Assembly (NCBI GenBank): GCA_035479795.1
Contig: DATIII010000008.1
Span: 94,487-158,486 of the forward strand
From: Candidatus Saccharimonadales bacterium
Lineage (GTDB): Bacteria > Patescibacteriota > Saccharimonadia > UBA4664 > SCTI01
Length of the DNA: 64,000 nucleotides
Direction: 5' to 3'
Shown: piece by piece, positions 1-7,513 of the stretch
Layout: each line of letters starts with the position of its first letter
Numbering within the stretch: the first letter of the stretch is position 1
Notes under the pieces: model-generated
What the model was told of the DNA's origin: nothing
The model's database searches: none
The model's input: the letters and a program-made list of their open reading frames with translations, nothing else
Made by a program: the position numbers and the translations under genes

Positions 1-208
1 ACTCCCCTTTGTTGCTTCTATTTTAGCAAGCAGCCAAGGAGTAAAAAAGACTTGAAATTGGTTATGCTTGTGGTATTCGGACCAAAACCTAATAACTGAT
101 TCTAAACAGTAAAATTCCAGGAAAAACCGAAGCCCGCAAACGAGACGTATATTAATACGGCGAGTGCGGACTGGAAGTTTTGGCGAAGAGGCTTGCGCTT
201 AGAGTCAG

Positions 209-475
209 TTATTGCTGGAGCTGACTACCGGCATCCTGGAGGTAGTGCCCAATAAAAGGCAGTCCGCCGAGCAAATGCAGAATCCAGATCAGAACCGCCA
301 CGATGACGGTCGCTCCAATAACGGTACCGAAACCGGTAAAAATCCCGCGCACAAAGGCGCTTTTGATCTGGCGCCGGGTGTTCCCTAGCAGATCAATGTA
401 GTCGTCAATTAGAGCTGACTCAACCGCCCGGCCGAGCTTTTCGTAGTCCTCAGGGGTGATCTTAGTTTTTTTCAC
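209..475 (-). CDS. small membrane protein, hypothetical
   Basis: 88-aa ORF with a C-terminal hydrophobic segment; start/stop overlap with the next gene. Confidence 0.4.
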   Translation of the reverse strand: MKKTKITPEDYEKLGRAVESALIDDYIDLLGNTRRQIKSAFVRGIFTGFGTVIGATVIVAVLIWILHLLGGLPFIGHYLQDAGSQLQQ

Positions 476-959
476 CTGCGTCCTTATCCTTGGCTACATC
501 TTTGGCCCTCTCTTGAGCCGAGTCCACTACCTTGCGGGTCGTCTTCTCCAGTTCGGAAATGACACTGTTGCCCTCGTTGATAAGTCGCTTCACGTCCTGG
601 AGCGATTCGTCCTTGACGCCCTTGGCACGACCGGCCAGTTTGGCTGCCGAATCCTGCAAATCATTCTTTAATATCTCGGCCTTAGTAATCAAACGCTGGC
701 TTTCTTCATAAGCCTCGCCGCGCAGATCCTTGGCCGCCTTTTTAAGGTTTTTAATCCGACCATCGAGCTCGGCCTCCATCTCACCCAGGCGAATATCGGT
801 GTCTTTCTTCAGCTCAGCCGCTTTCTTCTTTAAATCGGCCTGGGTTTCCTTGCCACTTTTAGGTGCCAACAATAAAGCAACTATCGAGCCCACAACGGCG
901 CCGATGATACTACCTTTAATAAATCCCTTACTGTGTTCCTTCACTCTTTTGTCTCCCAT
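462..959 (-). CDS. YtxH-like stress protein (N-terminal GxxxGAxxG...APKSGKET motif, Lys/Glu-rich coiled coil)
   Basis: Motif GSIIGAVVGSIVALLLAPKSGKETQ is typical of the YtxH family; operon-like overlap with neighbours. Confidence 0.55.
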   Translation of the reverse strand: MGDKRVKEHSKGFIKGSIIGAVVGSIVALLLAPKSGKETQADLKKKAAELKKDTDIRLGEMEAELDGRIKNLKKAAKDLRGEAYEESQRLITKAEILKNDLQDSAAKLAGRAKGVKDESLQDVKRLINEGNSVISELEKTTRKVVDSAQERAKDVAKDKDAGEKN

Positions 960-1228
960 TATTCGTCACCCTTGCGGCGCTTGAATTTGCCTCGAATACT
1001 ACGAGCAAGGACAGCCGCTAGCGCCGAAGCCGCCGCCGGCCCCACTTTACGACCAAAATATTTCGTAAAATCGCTGGCGCTTTCAGTGGCTTCGTCAATC
1101 CGCCCGGTAATCCGCCGAATACTGGTGAAAATCTTCAGCAGAATGACAACCAATATGATGCCCAGAATCAGCAAAATACTGAAGCCAATGCCGAGAATGA
1201 TGAGTAAAACAGATTCGAGTGTTCCCAT
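959..1228 (-). CDS. DUF948/YtxG-like small membrane protein
   Basis: 89 aa with an N-terminal TM helix and a charged tail; start/stop overlaps the YtxH-like gene (ATGA). Confidence 0.4.
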   Translation of the reverse strand: MGTLESVLLIILGIGFSILLILGIILVVILLKIFTSIRRITGRIDEATESASDFTKYFGRKVGPAAASALAAVLARSIRGKFKRRKGDE

Positions 1229-1291
1229 GTAAGCTTCCTTTTGTACCTATTATCAGTAGTTTGCCTGATTAGCGCAAGCCGAGCGCCTTGG

Positions 1292-1849
1292 TTAACGATC
1301 CTTCTTTTTGGCCAGCAGTACCCATTCCCGGCGCTCGATATAGGAGTTCGGGAAGATATGCAGGTAACCCTTTTCATCTCGCACCCGTGTGCGCCGCATG
1401 TCCATGGCCTCCACCACGCCTTCGACGCCCGGCTGACCCGGCTCTTCGGCCACCCGCACAACATCACCAACGCTAAAGTCATGGTCTTTCGCCAGGAAAA
1501 TACCGGCCAGAATGTCTTGAACAATTGTTACTGAGCCATTACCCAAGGCTAGGCCAATGGCAGCCACGGCAGCCGAGAAGGCAAATGCAACATTACTGAG
1601 CCCTAGAGCCTGTAGGGTCACAATCGTCAAGAAGACTGATAGCAAGATATCGATCAGCGAAACAATAATGCCGCGCAGGCCCTTAGGCATGCGAATGAAG
1701 GACAGCAGCCAGCTGGCAATCCAAGACAGGATTCTGATGACGACTAAGCCGACCAGCAGGGTGGCAGCCGCCGTCGGCAGCTTAGGCAAGAGATCATTGA
1801 TATTTTGGGCTAGGGAATCAAATAGATGGGATGGCGAAGTATCAATCAT
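1292..1849 (-). CDS. mechanosensitive ion channel, MscS family (small)
   Basis: TM helices followed by a beta-rich domain (…VGDVVRV…GVVEAMDMRRTRVRDEKGYLHIFPNS…) characteristic of MscS. Confidence 0.75.
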   Translation of the reverse strand: MIDTSPSHLFDSLAQNINDLLPKLPTAAATLLVGLVVIRILSWIASWLLSFIRMPKGLRGIIVSLIDILLSVFLTIVTLQALGLSNVAFAFSAAVAAIGLALGNGSVTIVQDILAGIFLAKDHDFSVGDVVRVAEEPGQPGVEGVVEAMDMRRTRVRDEKGYLHIFPNSYIERREWVLLAKKKDR

Positions 1850-1852
1850 ACA

Positions 1853-1888
1853 TAACAGGATACAGGATACAGGATTGAGGATACAGAC
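1853..1888. repeat. heptanucleotide tandem repeat (GGATACA-like x3-4) in the 39-bp gap between the mscS start and the gatB stop
   Basis: Direct reading: acaggatacaggatacaggattgaggatacagac. Confidence 0.6.
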
Positions 1889-3334
1889 TTACTTCTTAAG
1901 CTTATCCTTAAGAATCTCATTCACCATCGGCGGGTTGGCCTGACCTTTAGATAGTTTCATTACCTGGCCAACTAAGAATCCAAGGGCCTTGGCCTCACCT
2001 TTTTGGTAATCCGCTACCGGTTTTGGATTATCTTTAATCACTTGATCCGTCCAGGCTTCTAGCTCGCCCGCATCAGATTGCTGCAACAGGCCCTCACGCT
2101 CCGCCACATGATGCGCACCTTCATCGTTTTCCCAGAGCATAGCAAGCAAAGCTTTGGAATTTGTAGAACTTAGCTTGCCGGCCGCTACCATTTCACCCAC
2201 CGCTGCCACGGTCAGCGAGGACACGTCGGATTCTCTCAGTGACTTGCCCTTGGCCTCAGCCAGACGTAGCATGTCGCCTACCAACCAGTTAAAGGCAAAC
2301 TTGGCCTGCTCGGGGTTTTCAATGTTTAACTGCAGCCAAAGTTCCGCGGCTTCAATGTTTGCCACCAGAGTTTCAACCTCCCGGCCAGAAATGCCAGCAC
2401 CAGCCAGCTCCTGCCGGAGCTCCATTGGCATCTTTTCTGGCATCCCATTACTAGCAACCTTTAACATGTCACTTGTCACCTGTACGGGCGGCAAATCCGG
2501 CTCGGGGAAATAGCGGTAATCATGCGCCTCCTCCTTCGTCCGCTGGCTGAACGTCTCGCCCTTACTTTCATCCCAACCCCGTGTTTCCTGAACCACCTTT
2601 TCACCGGCGTCGAGAATCTCCGCCTGGCGCTTCATCTCATACTCGACCACTCCGGCCACTGCACGGAATGAATTAAGATTTTTACTCTCAGTCCGTGTTC
2701 CGAATTCCTTCTGCCCCGCTAGTCGCAACGACACGTTTACATCAAACCGCATGTTGCCGTAGTACAGGTCACAGTCACTGACTCCGGCATAGCGCATTAA
2801 GTGATACAGTTCCTCGGCATAAGCTTTAGCCTCGGCCGCACTGCGCATATCCGGCTCGCTGACAATCTCGAGAAGCGGTGTGCCGGCTCGGTTAAGGTCG
2901 ACCAGTGAATAATCTTTGCCAGCCGGATGAGTCAGCTTGCCGGCATCAGCCTCGAGATGGGCTCGAGTGATACCGACTCGCTTAGTCTCACCCTCGAATG
3001 GAAACTCCACAAACCCATTGCCAATAATCGGCTCGTCGAACTGAGTGATCTGATAACCACTGGGGCTGTCCGGGTAAAAGTAATTTTTGCGATCAAACTT
3101 GGTATGAAATTCCAACATATCCGAGTAGGCGTTGAGCGCCAAACCGGCCTTTAGTGCCAGCTCCACCGCCGCCTTGTTCAGTACCGGCAGCGCGCCGGGC
3201 AGAGCAATACAAACCGGGCAGACATGGGCGTTTGGCTTGGCCTCACGGCTGTCATTATTACAGCCACAAAACAGCTTCGACTTTGTCGCTAGCTGCACAT
3301 GGGTCTCAATACCAATTACGACTTCGTATTTCAT
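1889..3334 (-). CDS. gatB: Asp-tRNA(Asn)/Glu-tRNA(Gln) amidotransferase subunit B
   Basis: N-terminus MKYEVVIGIETHVQL…CGC and a C-terminal GatB/YqeY domain; 481 aa. Confidence 0.95.
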   Translation of the reverse strand: MKYEVVIGIETHVQLATKSKLFCGCNNDSREAKPNAHVCPVCIALPGALPVLNKAAVELALKAGLALNAYSDMLEFHTKFDRKNYFYPDSPSGYQITQFDEPIIGNGFVEFPFEGETKRVGITRAHLEADAGKLTHPAGKDYSLVDLNRAGTPLLEIVSEPDMRSAAEAKAYAEELYHLMRYAGVSDCDLYYGNMRFDVNVSLRLAGQKEFGTRTESKNLNSFRAVAGVVEYEMKRQAEILDAGEKVVQETRGWDESKGETFSQRTKEEAHDYRYFPEPDLPPVQVTSDMLKVASNGMPEKMPMELRQELAGAGISGREVETLVANIEAAELWLQLNIENPEQAKFAFNWLVGDMLRLAEAKGKSLRESDVSSLTVAAVGEMVAAGKLSSTNSKALLAMLWENDEGAHHVAEREGLLQQSDAGELEAWTDQVIKDNPKPVADYQKGEAKALGFLVGQVMKLSKGQANPPMVNEILKDKLKK

Positions 3335-3888
3335 ATTTGTCTGCCTTCAATAAATTCATACGAAATCCGATCAACTATTTCTCTATGATCTGTAGCCTTT
3401 ATTATTTCTAGTGCCTCATCTTCATACGGTCTGAAACTTTCAGGCAAAATGTTGATCAACTTATTGGCCGCCACACCTTTATCGAACGCTGGATGCCCTA
3501 ACACGCCGAGCCTGAGCAGGTACCATGATGCAATAAACAGCGAGCAGGGGTATTTTTTGTTCTGGACATACTTAACCAATGACTGCTTAGACTTCTCATT
3601 TTTCATAAGGTTAAGAGTTTCATCGCAAAGTGGGATTAGCTGAGATTCCCTGTACATAAAGTCGGGCGCAAAACCTTTCTCGGCCAGCCATTTGCTGTAT
3701 GCCTCATAGTCAAAGCTTGGGTCCGGGAATGAGTAATCATCTACGAGCACTACCAGATTATGGGATTCGCCGGCAGTATCGAGTTTATCTGTGACGGTTT
3801 TTAGTTCATCAATCGCGACTTCGTGTTCTTTCCGAATTTGATCGTTTGTATATATATGAGCATATTCAACTGAGACGTCAGTCTTCAC
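3331..3888 (-). CDS. hypothetical protein; AT-richer insertion inside the gat operon
   Basis: 185-aa ORF overlapping the gatB start by 4 bp; no recognisable motif; visibly lower GC than its neighbours. Confidence 0.5.
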   Translation of the reverse strand: MKTDVSVEYAHIYTNDQIRKEHEVAIDELKTVTDKLDTAGESHNLVVLVDDYSFPDPSFDYEAYSKWLAEKGFAPDFMYRESQLIPLCDETLNLMKNEKSKQSLVKYVQNKKYPCSLFIASWYLLRLGVLGHPAFDKGVAANKLINILPESFRPYEDEALEIIKATDHREIVDRISYEFIEGRQI

Positions 3889-4307
3889 AACGCCCCCTTC
3901 AGCTCTGACATAATGGCATCGAATGTCTCATCTGAAATCTCAGCAACTTGCATTTGAGTCTTGAGAGGCCAGTCAATGTCGGTCATCTTGGCGCCGGCAA
4001 CCTCTACCGGCCTGGAATATCGGGGGACGAAGTGGAAGTGAGGGTTCGGGTCCTTCATCATAAAAGCAGCATAATTGTATTTTTCAGCTCCGAAAACTTT
4101 TGCGGTAATATGCTCACTGAAAGCTGAAACCTCCGCAAATTCCGCCCATTCTTCGGCCGATAATTCGCCGAAGTTTGATACATCTGACTTTATCGCAAGT
4201 ACTAGCGTGCCAGCGGTTATCTGTGTTGGACGCAGTAAAACGACCCAGTATTTAAACTCCTTGAGCAGAGTCCTTGGATAACCCCGTGAAATAATCGTTT
4301 GGTTCAC
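3885..4307 (-). CDS. HIT-like family protein (putative nucleotide hydrolase/transferase)
   Basis: …NPHFHFVPRY… resembles a histidine-triad-like motif; 140 aa; translationally coupled to flanking genes. Confidence 0.45.
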   Translation of the reverse strand: MNQTIISRGYPRTLLKEFKYWVVLLRPTQITAGTLVLAIKSDVSNFGELSAEEWAEFAEVSAFSEHITAKVFGAEKYNYAAFMMKDPNPHFHFVPRYSRPVEVAGAKMTDIDWPLKTQMQVAEISDETFDAIMSELKGAL

Positions 4308-4729
4308 AGCGCCCCCAGATCTTTAAGCGCCTGATAGTAGGCCGCCACTGCCTCGTGGGCTTGCTTCGGCACCAAGTCAAAAGTGACTTCGTGGGCCAGG
4401 GCGTTGCGGAGTTTATGGGCCTCCCAAACGGCATTACGATTGCTGAGATTTTTTTGGGCGCGCTTGAGCCGCTCGGCCATGGTTTCGCCACCATAACCAG
4501 ATTGGCGCATGACGTAGTCGAGTAATTTGTCGGCTTCAGCCACGGCACTTTTCAGGTTGGACCCGGTGCCCGAATTCATAGCTTGAATAGCCTGCCAGCG
4601 CTGATGCACCAGCTCTTTATTAACATGCGCCTTCTTGCCGCCCACCTTTTTTGGTGCAGTCTGAGAGCCAGAAACCACGGCGAGCACTAACAAGCCAGCA
4701 GCCAGGACGGCAATCAAAAACCAGATCAT
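4304..4729 (-). CDS. hypothetical membrane-anchored protein
   Basis: 141 aa with an N-terminal TM helix; overlaps the gatA stop by 4 bp. Confidence 0.45.
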   Translation of the reverse strand: MIWFLIAVLAAGLLVLAVVSGSQTAPKKVGGKKAHVNKELVHQRWQAIQAMNSGTGSNLKSAVAEADKLLDYVMRQSGYGGETMAERLKRAQKNLSNRNAVWEAHKLRNALAHEVTFDLVPKQAHEAVAAYYQALKDLGAL

Positions 4730-6132
4730 GCCAGCAGCTCCTCGGCCGCCGCCGCGGCGTCCAAAAGTACCTCTTCGCCTTTTTGCGGCGCGATTAGTTG
4801 CAGTCCGATTGGCAGACTATCAGTCTCTCCGGCCGGGATGCTTATGGCACAGTTACCAACCAGGTTTACAGCCACAGTATCAACATCGTTTAAATACATG
4901 GCCAATGGGTCTGACTTTTCACCAAGTTTAAATGCAGTGGTTGGAGCTGTCGGGCTAATCAGGAGGTCGAACTCTTTAAAGGCTTCATCAAACTCTTTGA
5001 CCAACAGCGTACGGACCTTTTGCGCCTGTTTGTAATAGGCATCGTAGTAACCGCTCGAAAGAACGTAGGTGCCAATAATAATCCGCCGCTTGGCCTCCGC
5101 GCCAAAGCCTTCATCTCGGCTCTTCAGGAAGGTTTCGCTTAATGTTTTCGCATCGCTAGAGCTATGTCCGAATCTAATACCATCATAGCGTGACAGGTTA
5201 GAACTGACTTCAGCCGGTACCAAAATGTAATAACAGGCCAATGCCAGATCAACCGATGGCAGGCTGACTTCTTCGACCGTCGCGCCGGCTGATTTAAACT
5301 TTTCGGCTGCATCCAGAACCGCCTGCCTGACCTCTGGCTGGGTGCCTTCGGCCAAATATTCTTTGATTAGGCCGATCTTAAGGTTTTTGAGATTGCCACT
5401 CCGCCCGCCGGATCGCAATGACAACTTAGAAGAATCGATTGTTGTAGAATCGTTCGGGTCCTGTCCAGCCATGACATCCAAAACCAGTGCGGCATCGGCC
5501 ACAGAGTTAGTCAGCGGGCCAATCACATCAACTGAGCTACCCATGGCCACCACACCGTAGCGAGACACTAATCCATAGGTCGGTTTCAGGCCGACGACGC
5601 CGCTGAGTGCTGCTGGCTGGCGGATGGAGCCGCCGGTATCCGTACCCAGCGCAAAGCACGCCAAGCCTAGCGCCACGGCCGCGGCCGAGCCGCCGGATGA
5701 ACCGCCGGGCACGCGCGACTTATCATGCGGGTTTTTGGTCGGGCCAAAGTCGCTATTCTCGGTTGAAGAGCCGTGGGCAAAAGCGTCCAAATTAGCCTTG
5801 GCCACCATAATCGCCCCCTCGGCCTCAAGCTTTTCGATCACAGTAGCTTGATAAGGTGCCTGGAAGGGCTTGAGGATGTTACTGGAAGCAGTGGTGTGCG
5901 TACCACTGGTAAGGAAATTATCTTTAGCGATAAATGGAATGCCGGCCAGCTTGCCTTGTTTATTTGCCTTTTTAGCCTGATCCAGCGCGCGCTCGTTAAC
6001 TTCTAAAATAGCGTGGTAATCTTCATTGGCTTTAATCGCCTCTAAGCTGGCCTTAACCAGATCCACCGGATCGAGTTTGCCGGCTTGGACATCGGCCACT
6101 AGCTCGGCAATCGGTCGCTTAAGATCAATCAT
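4726..6132 (-). CDS. gatA: Glu-tRNA(Gln) amidotransferase subunit A (amidase signature)
   Basis: GGSSGGSAAAVA amidase signature. Likely start is the internal Met (MIDLKRPI…) at 6132, giving an 8-nt overlap with the gatC stop; the ORF track extends it to 6171. Confidence 0.93.
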   Translation of the reverse strand: MIDLKRPIAELVADVQAGKLDPVDLVKASLEAIKANEDYHAILEVNERALDQAKKANKQGKLAGIPFIAKDNFLTSGTHTTASSNILKPFQAPYQATVIEKLEAEGAIMVAKANLDAFAHGSSTENSDFGPTKNPHDKSRVPGGSSGGSAAAVALGLACFALGTDTGGSIRQPAALSGVVGLKPTYGLVSRYGVVAMGSSVDVIGPLTNSVADAALVLDVMAGQDPNDSTTIDSSKLSLRSGGRSGNLKNLKIGLIKEYLAEGTQPEVRQAVLDAAEKFKSAGATVEEVSLPSVDLALACYYILVPAEVSSNLSRYDGIRFGHSSSDAKTLSETFLKSRDEGFGAEAKRRIIIGTYVLSSGYYDAYYKQAQKVRTLLVKEFDEAFKEFDLLISPTAPTTAFKLGEKSDPLAMYLNDVDTVAVNLVGNCAISIPAGETDSLPIGLQLIAPQKGEEVLLDAAAAAEELLA

Positions 6133-6421
6133 TATTAAGTACCCGCTTGACCCTATACTGCCCATCTTCAAAGTCGGGAGCGTTCAGTTTGAGGTCGTCG
6201 TAGCTCAAACCCTCCCGAACCTCGTCTTCACGCCAAACATCGACCAGTCCCGTGACTTGATCGGTTGGCTCGACCCCCTCAACATCAACTTCCTGGAGCT
6301 GTTCGACAAAGCCAACAATTTTAGCGAGCTCGTCGGCTAATTTGCTAACTTCGGCCTCCTGCAAGCCCATATTGGCCAGCTCGGCCACGCGGCGGACTTC
6401 ATCCGGAGTGATCTTTGACAT
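6125..6421 (-). CDS. gatC: Glu-tRNA(Gln) amidotransferase subunit C
   Basis: 98 aa, MSKITPDEVRRVAELANMGL…; first gene of the gatCAB operon. Confidence 0.9.
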   Translation of the reverse strand: MSKITPDEVRRVAELANMGLQEAEVSKLADELAKIVGFVEQLQEVDVEGVEPTDQVTGLVDVWREDEVREGLSYDDLKLNAPDFEDGQYRVKRVLNND

Positions 6422-6424
6422 AGG

Positions 6425-6462
6425 TCTTATTGTAGCGATTTAAGGTTACAGGAGCAAAAAAT
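6425..6462 (-). promoter_or_regulatory. putative sigma70 promoter for gatCAB (minus-strand TTGCTC-17-TACAAT); the -10 lies about 7 nt from the gatC ATG, suggesting a leaderless mRNA
   Basis: Reverse complement reads TTGCTCctgtaaccttaaatcgcTACAATaagacctATG. Confidence 0.4.
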
Positions 6463-6491
6463 TGACATTAGCATAACCACGAGAGCATAAT
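6463..6491 (+). promoter_or_regulatory. strong sigma70-like promoter (TTGACA-18-CATAAT) facing into the GC-rich non-coding block
   Basis: ttgacattagcataaccacgagagcataat; divergent from, and overlapping, the gatC promoter. Confidence 0.5.
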
Positions 6492-6496
6492 TCGGG

Positions 6497-7131
6497 GCAT
6501 GAGATGGGGCAATAGCCCTGTAGTACCCAACAAACTTGGCTACTGAGGCGTCGGGTCACCACCGTTCAATGGAATCTCGTCTGCCTCGCCCGCTTGCGCT
6601 TGGACTCCAGTCCCTTAGTGCGTCGGGTTAGGTGTTTTCCGTCTGGAGACGGAGCCGGTAGCCAAAATAACTGCGAGAGACCGGCCTTAGCCGGGATAGC
6701 CCGCTCCATAGGTGAAGCTGCTTATCCGCCCTAGAGCGGATCATGCGCCTCTCGCACCCTCGTGCCGGGACAGGTGGCCATAAGGTTCTGGAGCTTCCAT
6801 AAGGGGAACCTCCACCTGTCTCGGCCGACCACTTCGCTAGAACGATCCCAGCCTACGGGCATGGCCCGGTCTCGCGATAGGCGGGCCGCCCCCCGGCCCG
6901 AAAATGGGTGCGCGCTTTGCGCTGGACCGCGAGCGCGCACCCACCTCTTCGCCGGTTGAAAATCTGGCCATAGTCTCTAGGGGACGAGACTGTTCAGAAC
7001 CGGCGTCGGTGCGGCGGTCCATCACGTCGCAGCGGGGTGCGTGAGTCGTGCCACGCACCCCAAAAACTTTGCCACTGGCAAAGCGGGTTGGTGCGACCTC
7101 GCCAATCTGACTCCGGTTCACCCCGGGGATC
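6497..7131 (+). ncRNA. candidate large structured ncRNA; RNase P RNA (rnpB)-like motifs present but assignment unconfirmed
   Basis: ~630 nt with no plausible ORF on either strand and visibly high GC, bounded by a promoter and an intrinsic terminator. RNase-P-like motifs occur in the expected order: ccgtctggagacgg (P3-like hairpin) at 6636-6649, GCTCCATAGG at 6703-6712, CATAAGG twice at 6767-6773 and 6787-6793 (E. coli M1 has one copy, downstream of its CUCCACC element), AACCTCCACC at 6797-6806, and TTCAGAACCGGCGTCGG at ~6982-6998 (P4 3'-strand-like). Confidence 0.35.
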
Positions 7132-7166
7132 CGAACGACACCGGGGCTGGCGCCCTTCAGCGCCAG
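7132..7166 (+). terminator. rho-independent terminator (GGGGCTGGCGC-loop-GCGCCAGCCCC followed by TTTT)
   Basis: Perfect 11-bp GC-rich stem followed by a T run. Confidence 0.7.
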
Positions 7167-7270
7167 CCCCGTTTTACGTAATTATCCCTCCGTCATTCTC
7201 AGCTCGCCCAACTATCATTCTCGAGCGCAGCGAAGGATCTTTAGAGTCTAAGACTCCAATGCCATTTTTT

Positions 7271-7299
7271 CCCAGGCAGCCAGAGCCTGGGGTTTCTTC
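7271..7299 (+). terminator. second plus-strand intrinsic terminator (CCCAGGC-loop-GCCTGGG followed by GTTTCTT)
   Basis: 7-bp stem followed by a T-rich tract. Confidence 0.45.
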
Positions 7300-7513
7300 C
7301 ACAGCTTTTGAAGTGAGCAAAAGCTGTCCAAAACTGGCCGCGTAGAAGTTCACAGACTTGAAGCACTCCTTAATCCAAACCAATCTGAGCTGCGGAACTC
7401 GCTTCGCTCAAACAGTCCTCGCTTTTACAGATTTGGTTTGGATTGGTCGCTTTCAGGCTGCTCCATACGCGGGGATAGGGGAGGCCTGGATCCTCAATCC
7501 TGGATTCTGGATG

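Noticed and set aside
6497-7131. tmRNA (ssrA) as the identity of the ncRNA candidate
   Set aside because: It starts with GGGG, but there is no UUCGAC 5' motif, no T-arm GGTTCGAnTCC, no 3'-terminal CCA context, and no -AA* tag-peptide ORF.
6731-7383. ORFs 6731-6940, 6762-6959, 6837-7121, 7037-7345 and 7174-7383 in the GC-rich block
   Set aside because: Arg/Ser/Gly/Pro-rich low-complexity translations on both strands, with no RBS. This is typical of high-GC structured RNA and not of coding sequence.
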